Origin: Paramoeba atlantica
Lineage: Eukaryota > Protista > Discosea
Assembly (NCBI GenBank): GCA_977017575.1
Contig: CDRNVI010000157.1
Coordinates: 22,748-86,747, forward strand
Reading direction: 5' to 3'
Length of the DNA: 64,000 nucleotides
Both the position numbers and the translations under genes were made by a program. Of the stretch, positions 1-10,428 are shown one piece after another (positions within the stretch are counted from its first letter, which is position 1; every line of letters begins with the position of its first letter). The notes under the pieces are model-generated. The model was not told the DNA's origin. It saw only the letters and a program-made list of their open reading frames with translations, and did no database searches.

Positions 1-273
1 AACAACACGTCCTCATTTTAAGGATAGCGGGATAAAAATGCTGGATTGGGGCCCAAATCTCCAGACGTGACACCTATTGAGAATTTATGGTCAATGATAG
101 ATGCCATAAAATGTAGAAAAGAGCCACTGAACCGTGAATTCTTAAAAGAATCCATCCCAGCTTCTTAGAATGAGCTGCTTAATGAAGTCGGTTTCGTGGA
201 ACGCACTCTAAAGAGTGTGCCAAACAGAATGCGTATTGTTATAGAGAGGGAAGGGGGGCACTGTGGGTACTAG
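1..273 (+). pseudogene. C-terminal part of a Tc1-like transposase (DD32E group), inactivated
   Basis: Manual translation gives TTRPHFKDSGIKMLDW-(frameshift at ~50)-PKSPDVTPIENLW...SVPNRMRIVIEREGGHCGY*, with an in-frame TAG at 166-168. It matches the C-terminus of 59337-60461. Confidence 0.85.
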
Positions 274-282
274 GTTTGTCAT

Positions 283-862
283 TGTTTTATCATGCACTTA
301 TAGTGCAGAGATTTACTCACCATGTCCTTATCCCGCATACGACGGGTGGATCATGTGAGGTTTCGTCCTCGCCGGAGGTGTGCGGGTGCGGAGAGCTGGC
401 GTCCCAGGTGCAGAGAGCTCGGTTGTCATGTGCAGGTGCAGAGAGCCGGATGCGTAATCCCCATATTACAGTTTCGGGGGCAATCCGGGTGCAGAGAGCT
501 GCGACAGAGCCGAGGTGCGGAGAGCTGGGCGACCGCCAGGTGCAGAGAACCGAGTCTCGTCGGCGGAGGACACGTCTAGTGGTCCTCAAGGGAGGCCACC
601 GTGACGCATGGCCCTCTCGGAGAGGAAAAAGACAAGTCGAAAAAAGCCGAGAGGGGGAAGCATACTCACTCCAGGGGAGTGAGTCGGGGAGGGGTGAAGG
701 GGTGAAAGCGCGTCCCCTGCTTCAGCGACAAGAGGGACAGTTCCGACCTTAGTGCCGGCCGGCAACGGGCATAAAAATACAGTAAGAGTATGCCCGTTGC
801 CGGGGAAAGAAAGGATTAACTAAGGAAAAAGTACCAACAAGGTACAGAAACTGTATCTTTCA
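283..862 (-). ncRNA. Dispersed spliced-leader (SL) RNA gene repeat unit, copy 1, circularly permuted
   Basis: The minus strand of 860-835 reads AAAGATACAGTTTCTGTACCTTGTTG followed by GTAC (kinetoplastid SL core plus GT donor). There is a 14-bp hairpin at 759-803. It is near-identical to 47611-48189. Confidence 0.75.
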
Positions 863-1096
863 CTTTTTCGCAAATTTCTAGAAAAACTTGCAATTGACGT
901 TGCCACCTACCGTTTTGAGCCACCTACCATTTTACAAAAAATGGCATTTATCCGGGAAACGATATATCCTTCACAGGAGGGTTGTGTAAAAGCTCTCGAA
1001 TGCGCTATTAATTTCTAAAATTTACCAAACATTTGCAAATTTGAGACCCCCCCAGCATTAGCTGATCCCCCCTGTACATGTATTTACACATGTATA

Positions 1097-1550
1097 CAGG
1101 GGTGAAAACTTCCATCTGGGGGGGGGGTCTAAAATTTGCAAAAACTTTTCAATTTCGGAAAATAATACTGCATTCGAGAGCTCTCGAAGAGTTGTATGTC
1201 TTTGCACTGGTGGCTTTTGACATATCAAATTAGAACTCCAAATACCGAATAGGACAAAAAAACAAATTGTCACTTAAAGAAAAATAAAAAATCTCAGATA
1301 TTTTTAGGAAACATTATTTTAAAACCCATGTTGCATCCACAATATGCACCCTTCTTTTCTACGATGATTCTACAACGTTTTCTGAAGTTTTTAAACTTAT
1401 TATCGAACTTATCTTTGTCTTTTGCCTGAAGTTTATCGTAAAAAACATGAATCGTTCCACCCAGAGTTTCACAGTTCCCTAGTGGACCCAAACACTTTGG
1501 TAAGTCCGGGAATAAGACTGTGTTTTCTCGAAGTCGGACACAAGAAGTAA
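1097..1550 (-). mobile_element. Decayed Tc1-like end (TIR plus remnant of transposase C-terminus)
   Basis: TA|CAGGGGTGAAAACTTCCATCTGGGGGGGGG TIR of the local Tc1 family. The minus-strand peptide RCRIIVEKKGAYCG resembles RFDIVVEKKGESCNY of 45518-45985. Confidence 0.5.
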
Positions 1551-1554
1551 TCTT

Positions 1555-1608
1555 TGTACATACACATGTACATACACATGTACATACACATGTACATACA
1601 CATGTATA
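1555..1608. repeat. 12-bp minisatellite (TGTACATACACA) x ~4.3
   Basis: Directly visible tandem repeat. Confidence 0.95.
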
Positions 1609-1846
1609 TAAATGTAATATCCATTTCACAGGGATACTCCCCAATTTTATCTTTTAAGACGTCTCCATTTTTCATTGGCCAGAAGCGTGTTTCCAGATTC
1701 CGTGAAAATGGGATTCTTTATCGCCACCACTATAATGCCTTTACATTTACCCAAGCGCGCCTATAGCACCAGGATCTATTCGAAAACCATCAAACAAATT
1801 AGCAATTTATTGTTAGCATTCTGGACTTTACGGAATCTGCTGCCGA

Positions 1847-2518
1847 TCAAGGGAAGGGAGATTCTGCAGGATCCCACACTTCAACACAAGAAGGGATCTC
1901 TCCCATAGGAAACGTTACTTTTGTGTTATAGAGCGTGAGTGTGTGTAAGCTGTGCGGAAGTTTCGAAAAATCAGGAACACCTTCAATAGGATTGTCATTC
2001 AAACGAATCGAACCCATGGTTCCTGGAAGACCAGCAAAATTTACACTGCCTTGTAGGTTGTTCTCGCTGAGGTCTAACACGCGCAGCGTAGGAGGAAGGT
2101 CATTCACTTCAATGGACCCGCTGATGCCCAGATCAATAAGCAGTAACTCTAATAGAGCTCGTGGTAATAACGAAAAGCTAACGTATGGAATCACGCCTTT
2201 TTTGTACTTGTAGAGTCCGTCGAGGTCTCTATTGTAGGCGGAGCTCAAATTCAAGAGTAATAATGAATTCGGCAAACTAGACCACTGGAAGGCGCCAGAA
2301 AGTCCGAATCCTTTCCATTCTAGCCCTACTACATTATGCGTTTCATCACAAGTCACACCCTCCCAGTCACATGCAGGCGTGTGCGTGGACCATGATTTTC
2401 TAGGGTTCGGAATGTCCTTAATGAAAAGAGCAAGAGAGTACTCCTGTGGTAAACCTGCACTACGAACTCGATGCGCCACACTTTCTGACATACTGTAGTT
2501 GTAAAAGCGAAAATACAA
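1847..2518 (-). CDS. Small LRR protein with plant-type N-cap (first ATG probably 2491)
   Basis: LPQEYSL...SWSTHTPACDWEGVTC cap followed by LxxLxLxxNxLxGx(V/I)xxxxLP repeats; no intron needed. Confidence 0.85.
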   Translation of the reverse strand: MYFRFYNYSMSESVAHRVRSAGLPQEYSLALFIKDIPNPRKSWSTHTPACDWEGVTCDETHNVVGLEWKGFGLSGAFQWSSLPNSLLLLNLSSAYNRDLDGLYKYKKGVIPYVSFSLLPRALLELLLIDLGISGSIEVNDLPPTLRVLDLSENNLQGSVNFAGLPGTMGSIRLNDNPIEGVPDFSKLPHSLHTLTLYNTKVTFPMGEIPSCVEVWDPAESPFP

Positions 2519-2864
2519 GGGATATGCTTCAACAGCAAAAGAATTAAGTGTATAGAATTAAGGTTTAAAAAGAATTTATAGGCACAGTAATCAGAGAGAT
2601 CTTCAATGCGCTAATATTTTCCGAAATTTGGAAAATATTTCAAGCTTTAGACCCCAGCATTCGCTTTGAACTATGATAAAATGATCTGATCTACTTTCCC
2701 CAAAGAAATGTTTTTACCGTTTTTAAAATCTCGGCATAATTACTAGCCTAACTAGATGGAACTCTATCTTTTAATGCACAAATAGCCTAATCGTGAACAA
2801 CTATTCAAAGAACTATTCAAAGATTTCAAATCATTTCGTCTATCTTTCATACGGTCTCACAACA

Positions 2865-3689
2865 CTACGGTGACACAAGTGCAATTTTCGTGTTTCTAAT
2901 GTTAAGATTAAACCCAACCTTGTCGGGAAGCAAACGCTTTTCGATCTCGCCATGCAGCATTACGTTATTTGACAAATCGAGCTGGTGCAATGTACTAGGA
3001 AGGCTTCTTACGTCAATTTTGCCGGAAAACCTATTTGTGTATAGTCGAAGGTGGCATAAGTTTGGGAGATCACGCAAACACACTTTTCCTGATAGCTGAT
3101 TACGGTCGAGAGAGAGATATTGCAAGTCTGAAGGTAATTCGGTTAAGCAAATTTCACCGGTAAATCGGTTAGCAGAGAGGTCCAGATCGCGCATATTTGG
3201 AGGGAGAGCTGTTAAGTCCAATGGTCCACTAAGCTCATTGTCCCGAAGACCTAAAGAAACCAACTTGCAAGACAAAACGTTCAGTGGCACTTCGCCTGAA
3301 ACTTTGGTAATAAAAACATGGAACCTGTGTACGGTCTTTGGGAGATAACCAAAATTCAACGAGCCTGTGAGTTGTTTGTATGACTTATTTGAAAATCCGT
3401 TCCAATTTATAACCGTAGTCTCATTCGCTTTATTACAAATCACGCCGTCCCACTCGCAAGCCGGGGTTGGTGTATTCCACGAGGGATGCGGATTTCCAAC
3501 ATTGCGAACAAGTTGTGCAAGTTCGTATTCTTGTGGGAGATTTGCCATGCTCACTCTTCCTCCACGTGCTCCGCGTATGGGCGTTACTTGTGCAATTTCT
3601 TGACGTACAGCAGAGTTGACTAAAGGCATAATTTTTCGACGCTTCACGGGGGACTCCAAAGTGTCGCGTAAACGTGCAGTCAGCAGCAT
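2865..3689 (-). CDS. LRR protein (274 aa from the likely ATG at 3689)
   Basis: N-terminus MLLTARLRDTLESPVKRRK is paralogous to the gene at 36275; LPQEYEL..SW..PACEWDGVIC cap; ~7 LRRs. Confidence 0.9.
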   Translation of the reverse strand: MLLTARLRDTLESPVKRRKIMPLVNSAVRQEIAQVTPIRGARGGRVSMANLPQEYELAQLVRNVGNPHPSWNTPTPACEWDGVICNKANETTVINWNGFSNKSYKQLTGSLNFGYLPKTVHRFHVFITKVSGEVPLNVLSCKLVSLGLRDNELSGPLDLTALPPNMRDLDLSANRFTGEICLTELPSDLQYLSLDRNQLSGKVCLRDLPNLCHLRLYTNRFSGKIDVRSLPSTLHQLDLSNNVMLHGEIEKRLLPDKVGFNLNIRNTKIALVSP

Positions 3690-4276
3690 ACAAAAACTAA
3701 AATAAATACAAAAAGAGTGAATGATGGTGCACTGCAAGCTTAACAAAGTGAGTCTTTTTAGTGCTTCTTGACGGGCGGTCGAACTAGTTAAGGGGTAATT
3801 TTTTAAACTACCACCGCAATAAAAGTGGTTTAAAAATAACATGAACAATTGTTTCTGCTCATGGAGTTGCGAGAGGCCTCCATACCCCACAGCTACCACC
3901 TTCTGTAGCAGGGGTCGTGAGCGACCCCTGATAAATTGCGGGAAGGTGGTAGTTGTATTGGCGAATATGAGAGGCCGAAACGCACGGAAGGGCCTGTCAG
4001 GCCAATGAACCCAGACCTTGTTTTTCTGTGCTAAAAAACTGAAAAATTATGGGAGAAGTTTAAAAAAATCCCAAATCAACTCCCAGGCCGTTTCGTGAGA
4101 GTTTGGGACCTGATATACGCGTAAAGGCCAAAATTCAACTGGAATCCGCAGAGGAAGGACGCAGAGGAAGGAGAAGAAAAAGGCAGAAGGCGGAGCCTTT
4201 TGTCTCTTTCCCGCGGTGACGACGACTTCCTCGCGTGGGAAGCTGTAAGAAGTACTAGAGAGTGCTGTAAGGAGTA

Positions 4277-4470
4277 ATGTAACCCAGGCTAAAGTGGGCG
4301 AGGGAGATACTAATGGCGCCTTTGGCAAAATACCACAAAATTGGAATGGTATCTCCCGGTTTGTAAAGCAATCTGATGTGTCAAAAAAATCGTTAACGAG
4401 AGATAATGTTCTACTTTTGTGGTGGTTTGCCAAAGGTACCTTTAGCATCTCCCTCGTGCACTTTAGCCTG
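4277..4470. mobile_element. Fold-back MITE (right end clipped), same family as 54316-54513
   Basis: CAGGCTAAAGTGGGCGAGGGAGAT...ATCTCCCTCGTGCACTTTAGCCTG with long imperfect inverted arms. Confidence 0.75.
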
Positions 4471-5158
4471 ACGAAACGTTTTATAGGCGAAAAAGTCCAT
4501 TTATCAAAATTAATCACTGGGGGAAGCTGTCCACCCACAACATTGTCAGCAACATACTATGCTAACGATAACATAACGTCAACATATTGAAAACCTCCTG
4601 TCAATTTCTTCTTTAACATAATGTCAACACAAAATACACTTGTCATTTGACTTTTTGGCTTATAGAAAATATGGGTCATTGAAAAAATAAGGAATTAGCA
4701 ACAATGTATTTCGTCAACTTGATCTCTGTCTCTATGCCTATGTTATTGAATCTGATCTCGAGGACAATACTGAGCACGGCGAGGACGAGGCATCTATTAA
4801 CGTTCGAAAGGCACAAGAAGCCTTGGTTCAAGATATAGAGAATAAACTTGTGCAACTCCGCCGTGAACTCATGAAGCAAAATTATCTTTCTCCCAACTTG
4901 CAAAAGAAAGTTGATGAGGCCGCGCAAAGGATTATTGATTATAAGGAGCAGGTGGGAGAATTAAAATGATATCGCTCCCTATCTGGAAAAGATCTGTCTC
5001 GGTTGCTTGCCGGTGATGAATGAGACAGACAGTGATAATACTCCATGTACAAAATGTAAGAAACTTCTATCCTTACGAGACGACAGAGGTCATTGGGGCA
5101 TTTTTCCTGAATCGCAATTACGTCAGATTCGCTTTGCTGCCTCTATCGCGCGACACAA

Positions 5159-5287
5159 CTTGTTGTACTTTTTCTCCTAGCTCATCTTCTCTCTCCCGGA
5201 AACGGGCATATTTTCACAATCTCAATGCCCATTTCCGGATGGCGCTAGGAGAGGAACTGTCCCTCTTGTCGCAAAGTAGGGGTGCGC
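5159..5287 (+). repeat. Diverged relic of the SL-unit 5' region (last 7 nt of exon, intron-like segment and hairpin)
   Basis: CTTGTTG-TACTTTTTCTCCTAG...CCGGAAACGGGCAT(15 nt)ATGCCCATTTCCGG...GGAACTGTCCCTCTTGTCGC aligns with the minus strand of 283-862 and 47609-48191. Confidence 0.7.
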
Positions 5288-5359
5288 CTCCCTTCCCTTA
5301 TCTCCCACCACCCCGCTCGGAACACGGTTCCGAGTCCCCATGCGCTGCAGGACCCTACT

Positions 5360-6100
5360 ACGGGACCACGCGGCGTGCCTTCACTATCCGGCGACACCGG
5401 TACTTCTGCGCGTAGAAGGCTTCCATATACCGAAAATCTCCCACACGGCGAGCAAACACGTTGTATGCGTGTTCTAGAGGATGTTCCGTGCGCCTCTCTT
5501 GCTCACCAGCCGTGGCGGATTCTCTGGGACCCCGATGCCCATGATACATCATGAATCATGACTCCATTTGTCAGCATGCATCCATGGCCCTGACCATGTT
5601 GTATCATGAACCATGGAAGTCATTTGTAGCATGTACGATGGGAATACCATCCGTGTCCCACGAATCCGTATGTCTTCCCTGGAGCATTGCGCTCACTGAA
5701 CATCTGGGAACACCTTATCTCGATGAGGCCGTCTCTTTTCGCTTTCCTGGGGAGGATATCCCGCGCTTTTCCGTGTTGCCTCGGGAGGCGAAAAGGTCCA
5801 GCAAGGAACATTGATTGCGTTTACCCCTGCTCGACCTAATTATCTCTACAGGTACTGCCCTGTATGAACAAACAACCTCTTGCGCCTACATATCGAATAT
5901 TTTGCAGTCCAGACAACAAACTTCTTCCTCATGCAGAAACTTATTTCTTATCTCGCTTTGTTCTTCGGGGCCCTCCATAAATTTTTGGAGTCGAAGTGCC
6001 AGTGTGAGTGTGGAGGGCAAAATCGTGCCGTTGGATGGAGTCCTGAAGGAACACATCTTGACTTCACTCGTCAGGACGTTGTTCTGGTACTAGGACTAAC
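5360..6100 (-). pseudogene. Possible highly decayed retroelement integrase
   Basis: Weak motifs broken by stops and frameshifts: LVLVP..HD..H.H, CxxC, SR*GVP...VS, GIPIVHAT, FMMYHG.RGPR. Confidence 0.2.
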
Positions 6101-6288
6101 TTATCGATGCAATTCATGCATCGGTGTCGGTTGTCCTATGAGGATACTCTCTTGAGCCGATGGCCCCCGTGCGTGGTAAAATCTTGGCGAATCTTTAATC
6201 TAAAGCACTACATCATGGCAATCGATCTCTGCAACGAGTGGTGTGAGATGTACACAAGCAGTAATTTGACCTACTCTAGAATATCGTA

Positions 6289-6600
6289 CGGTCCCCCCTA
6301 CTTAAGAGTCCGCCGATTTTGGGCTTTTGGACTCTTAAGTAGGGGGGTCACAATTTTCCGGACTCTTAAGTGGGGGGGTCAGCATTTTTTCACAAAATTT
6401 CAATATGACTTTACACAAGCGCGAACGTTTGTCGCCGCCGTGTAAGCGGTTGCGCTCAACTCGTTCCGACAGATGCCGACGAGCGGGTCCGGAACTTTCT
6501 CGAGATGATGAGTCTGATGAACGTCGATCGCAAAGGTTACTCTATCATCCTCACGGCTAATGGCACCGGAGTTGTGTGGAAAACTGTAAGCAGTGCATAA
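6289..6600 (+). mobile_element. pogo-like remnant (TIR-like end plus transposase fragment)
   Basis: TA|CGGTCCCCCCTACTTAAGAGTCC end. Peptide VDRKGYSIILTANGTG resembles SDREGFTCTVLTNASG of the 32164-33789 transposase. Confidence 0.4.
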
Positions 6601-6636
6601 CTGCTGTAATGGTTTTTATGACAATAATTATTAATT

Positions 6637-6712
6637 GCGGTGGTTGTATAACTACCGCTCTACCCTCGATTATTGAAAAAAAAGTGAACAAAAACGGTGA
6701 AAATATAAAGAG
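6637..6712 (+). repeat. 5' fragment of the G-tract repeat family
   Basis: GCGGTGGTTGTATAACTACCGCTCTACCCTCGATTATTG head, as at 17539, 39702 and 63597. Confidence 0.85.
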
Positions 6713-7313
6713 TCCTGCTACTCGTAGTTTTTGCAGAAACTACATGCAGCACGAACGTCGGTAGTGGGATGCAATTTGCGAAGCCCAAGGGGGTGGTATG
6801 GCGAGGGCCAGCGTGAGCGGGCCTGAGTCATACGCGACGTCGTTAGTGGGAAGCAATTTGCGAAGCCCCGTTTAACAACAACCACCGCTTTTTAACGAAG
6901 CAGCTAGCACGCCGATATTTTAAGCTTATGGTGCTGACTATTATTGTATGGGAAAGAACAAAATATCGCGCGTTGAAATAATACAAGTCAAATTTAAGTG
7001 TGGGGAAAAAGTGTAGCTCTAATGGTCCTAAAAAGTATGAGGCAAAGCATGAAAAAAAACCAGAAAATATCCGTATGTTAGAGTAGATGTTATTGCGCGC
7101 CCTGACAAAATAGTAACTGTACAACATTCTCAGAAACAAAATTCTCCGAACACTATATTATTCACACTAACACTATAGTATATAAATTAGACCGTCTAAT
7201 TCTATAATATTTAACTCCCAATTTGAATTATATCCCAGCGCAGCATCAACTATTTATTTGTCAATTATTTTTTGTATGCTGAGGTTCGTCGTGTCTATTT
7301 CCCATTACAGGTA

Positions 7314-8042
7314 TTAACTCACCATCGTCCACGTATTCCTCCTCGGTCTGTAGCGTGTCACCTTACCATTGCTTACCGTAATCTTTGTGTGCGCTACAGT
7401 ATAATACAGATTTTTTAACTCGTCTCTGATTTTTAGGAAGCCTTCAAGTTCTGCATTAAAAGCTAAGCTCATGTTACGCAAGTTTTCGTGCACGAAATCG
7501 AATTCAATATGACCAGACAATTTATTGTCACACATATTAAGATAGACTAGAAAGGGTGGCAAGTGACGAAAATCTGGAGTGCCCGTGAACTTGTTGTTGG
7601 ATATGGTAATGTCTTTCAATTTCGGAGGCAACTGATAGAAGGGAAACTCACCCGATAGAGAATTGGAGGCTAGTTGTAAAGTTTCCAATTCGCACGGCAA
7701 ATAGTTTACATTGAACTGACCTTGTAGTTTCTCGCTAGGGCCCATCATGTGACTCCAGATTATCCAAATCACGTCGCCCTTGTCGTTACATCTGACTCGA
7801 TCCCATCTACATCCCGGGGTATCGGTGGACCATGACGGTGGAGGGTTTTCTACGAGTCTCATCAAATCGTACTCCACGGGTAACGACACGGCACTGACTT
7901 TGGATGGACGAGATGTTCCAGTCACATTAGAACTGCTCGTTGAAGGCGTCGTCTCGGAAGAATTCGTTTCACTGTGGGCTTCCTTCCTTAACGGTTCCGT
8001 TACATCCGCCGAAGGCATAGAGCAAAGCATAGCAATAATCAA
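7314..8042 (-). CDS. LRR protein with Ser/Thr-rich N-terminus
   Basis: PSKVSAVSLPVEYDL..SWSTDTPGCRWDRVRC cap and ~4-5 LRRs. Confidence 0.9.
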   Translation of the reverse strand: MIIAMLCSMPSADVTEPLRKEAHSETNSSETTPSTSSSNVTGTSRPSKVSAVSLPVEYDLMRLVENPPPSWSTDTPGCRWDRVRCNDKGDVIWIIWSHMMGPSEKLQGQFNVNYLPCELETLQLASNSLSGEFPFYQLPPKLKDITISNNKFTGTPDFRHLPPFLVYLNMCDNKLSGHIEFDFVHENLRNMSLAFNAELEGFLKIRDELKNLYYTVAHTKITVSNGKVTRYRPRRNTWTMVS

Positions 8043-9204
8043 TGTTTTAGAAAGACTAGCCTTGAAGTAATGTAAAGAAGTACAATTCCAGGTTGTGTTT
8101 CACGGGTAAAACAACTTTTTATGTGGGAAAAAAGGACCTTATCAAATATTATCTCGCCGCACCTCGTCACGGGCCCCACGTCAAAGGACGAAACAATTGG
8201 GGATCTTGCTAGACAGCACAAGGAAATTCGAGACAGGCATCCGAGATCCATCCACTCTAGCTGGATCTCTCAATCACATAAATTCTCTGGTCAGTACATT
8301 GCCGACTATGGAAAGGAGCAGTAGTTCCGCAGCCTCAAGTTGAGATGTTTTGTCGTCCAAGTACTGTGACCCCCCCCTTTAATATGGACACTTTTTCGGC
8401 TTTTGTCCATAATAAAGGGGGGGGGGCGATGAAAGGGGTGTGAAAAAAAAATTGCCTTATTGGTAGCCAGGGGTTTATTATGTCCCAGCAATCCCCTTAC
8501 GGAGGCATGTACATCGTGAGAGCGGAACCCCAATACACTCGATGGCCAACACAAATGTCAAACTCACGCTAAGCACATCCTCGATCCTACAAAAAATGAC
8601 CAAGGAATAAAACTATGACGAGTGACCAGCTTGTCGCCTGAATCGGAACAAAATGAAAACCCTGTATCGAAGGCATGCTCTAGGAAGCAATGCAGGAAGG
8701 CGTAGCTTTCCGATCGTTTGGAGAACACACGTAATCGAAACGCCCGTTCGCCAACATTTTCTACCAATATTTATGCCCTCAGGTAATGGGCGTGTTCCGA
8801 TCCAAACTAAGATTCATGAAGCATTGCAGGAAAATGTTTTTTGTCGGAACTTGCAGCACGAATTCTTCCTTCAAAGGTGGAGGTGGGAACTCATCCGGAA
8901 TGATTCCTGTCGTGGCACGGTCGGCCGAATCGCTTTTTAGAGGTTTAACCGATCCTGGTGCCTTCTGGCAAATATTGCCAAAAATGAGCAGGTTTAGAAG
9001 GTTAGAAAGATAGCTCTACTTCCCTCTTCACTCATTCTGCTTTTTGACTCCCAAAATCAACAGTTTTGGGATAAATAGCGTATCTGGACAAGTAAAGTAT
9101 CGAAAAATCAATCTCTTTTCAAGGCTGACATACGTACCTTTCCTCAGACATAAACGGACCTCGGGCAATAAATTTACGTACCTTTCCTCTGAGAATAAAG
9201 TTAT

Positions 9205-9333
9205 GGGCTGCGGGTGAGGCCCAAAACGAGATCTCGCGGCAGCGGATTTGCCTCAGGAAGGTGGTTGGGCGGCGCCAAAACGAGATCATGCGAGATCACA
9301 TGAGATCACACGAGATCATACCCGCAGCCCCTC
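9205..9333. mobile_element. Degenerate GAG...CTC-family MITE
   Basis: GGGCTGCGGG ... CCCGCAGCCCCTC ends with internal (C/T)GAGATCA repeats. The left terminus is damaged and no clean TSD is visible. Confidence 0.55.
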
Positions 9334-9453
9334 GAATAATGAACGTATGAATCTATGACCCCAAGTTCAAATTCTCCTCCATAAATCTTCGCAATGCATT
9401 ACACTCTTTCGTACACTCTTTCTTCTATATCCTACCCTGAGAGCATCGGCTAT

Positions 9454-10268
9454 TCAAATAAGCATGATATCCGGGGTCTGCGGTGGATCATACGAACTGA
9501 AACGGTTTGCCATCAACCGAAAAATCACAAAGCCATGCGGTAAATTCCCCCATCGCACAACTCCGGAAAGTTCATTGCAGCTGAGATCCAAGCTGTACAT
9601 AGTTTTCGGGAGCTTCGTTAAATCGATGGATCCGGAGAACGCGTTGCCACGAAGGAGCAAAGACTCCAGCGTGGGTGGGAGCGACGTAAGCACCAAAGGG
9701 CCCGTAAAGCCGCTCTCATTGGCCCAAACCATTTGAAGGGTACGTGGAAGTCGAGTGAGGTCGAATTCCCCGGCTAATAAATTGTTTGAAATGGAGAGCA
9801 GTTCGAGTTTTTGGGATAACGCCTCTAGTTCTATAGGACCTGAAAAATGGTTCTCGTCGAGCTTAAGTGTGGAGACACTCTCAGGAAGTGGATTCAGTCC
9901 TGTGGGAAGAGTACCAGAGAATTTACAGTGTTGCAACTCAAGACAAGTCAGAGCACGTGGCAGTGAGCCCCATGGAATCGTTCCGATCAGCTCCGTACCG
10001 TAAATAATACAAGTTTTGATCGTGTCGGGGAGAAGCTCCCAGCGCAGTTCCCCTTTATCCGTTGGGTAGCGAACTCAATATATCTTGGTCTTCCGTCTTC
10101 GTTTAATTTTACTCCTTCCCACTCGGTTAATGGGGTGGATTCCTTCCACGTAGAATGCGGATTCGTCACATGCTTTAAGAAACAAAGAAGTTGCACATGA
10201 GGGGGCAACAAGGTGTTCCTTACCTTAGCCCCGCGTGAGACGTCCGCGCAAACAGTTCTCCGGAGCAT
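9454..10268 (-). pseudogene. LRR gene split by a 1-nt frameshift in a G run near 10050 (pseudogene or sequencing error)
   Basis: The cap LPPHVQL..STWKESTPLTEWEGV is in ORF 9987-10268. The LRRs (ELRWELLPDTIK...) continue in the frame of ORF 9454-9936. Confidence 0.85.
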
Positions 10269-10374
10269 AAAAACGATAATCTGTAAACAACGTTCAGATT
10301 TTCTTAGATTTTACAGTGCACCAGTAGAGTAGTTAGGAGCTATTTCATGAAATATAGATTTCCTATAAACAAAT

Positions 10375-10422
10375 GAGAGGTTGCGGTGGCGAGATTTCAC
10401 TAGGTTTCACCTGCAGCCCCTC
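10375..10422. mobile_element. 48-bp GAG...CTC mini-element with 4-bp TSD AAAT
   Basis: AAAT|GAGAGGTTGCGG...CTGCAGCCCCTC|AAAT. Confidence 0.7.
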
Positions 10423-10428
10423 AAATTA

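Larger units (their letters stand above)
1..1074 (+). mobile_element. Right part of a Tc1-like element cut by the window edge and interrupted by the SL-gene unit at 283-862
   Basis: The terminal inverted repeat (TIR) at ~990-1074 (...AGCATTAGCTGATCCCCCTG|TA) resembles the TIRs of 44601-46184. Sequence 863-900 resembles the post-stop region of the 59139-60710 element. Confidence 0.7.

Noticed and set aside
333-345. 5S rRNA linked to the SL unit (GCATACGAC)
   Set aside because: Similarity stops after 9 nt and no 5S internal promoter boxes or helices follow.
355-380. Hammerhead ribozyme (GAGGACGAAAC on the minus strand)
   Set aside because: The required CUGAnGA core and a matching stem II are absent.
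385-551. CRISPR-like array of GGTGCAGAGAGC repeats
   Set aside because: The repeats are only 12-13 nt, spacers are irregular (about 9-40 nt), there are no cas genes, and the context is eukaryotic.
276-752. ORFs across the SL unit (276-752, 317-589, 47610-48011, 47645-48094)
   Set aside because: There are no recognisable domains, lengths differ between the two copies, and openness is explained by GC-rich repeats.
283-862. Solo LTR (TG...CA ends, internal motif repeats)
   Set aside because: Neither copy has a TSD, copy 2 does not end in CA, and the SL exon match with its circular permutation explains the ends better.
3690-3899. Hydrophobic N-terminal extension of the 344-aa LRR ORF as a signal peptide
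   Set aside because: The paralogue at 36275 aligns only from the ATG at 3689, and the extension runs into a small dispersed repeat (3863-3902, also at 38825-38864).
5770-5800. DIRS methyltransferase motif (DLFAS)
   Set aside because: The downstream (D/N)PP(Y/F/W) motif is missing and no RT or tyrosine recombinase is seen.
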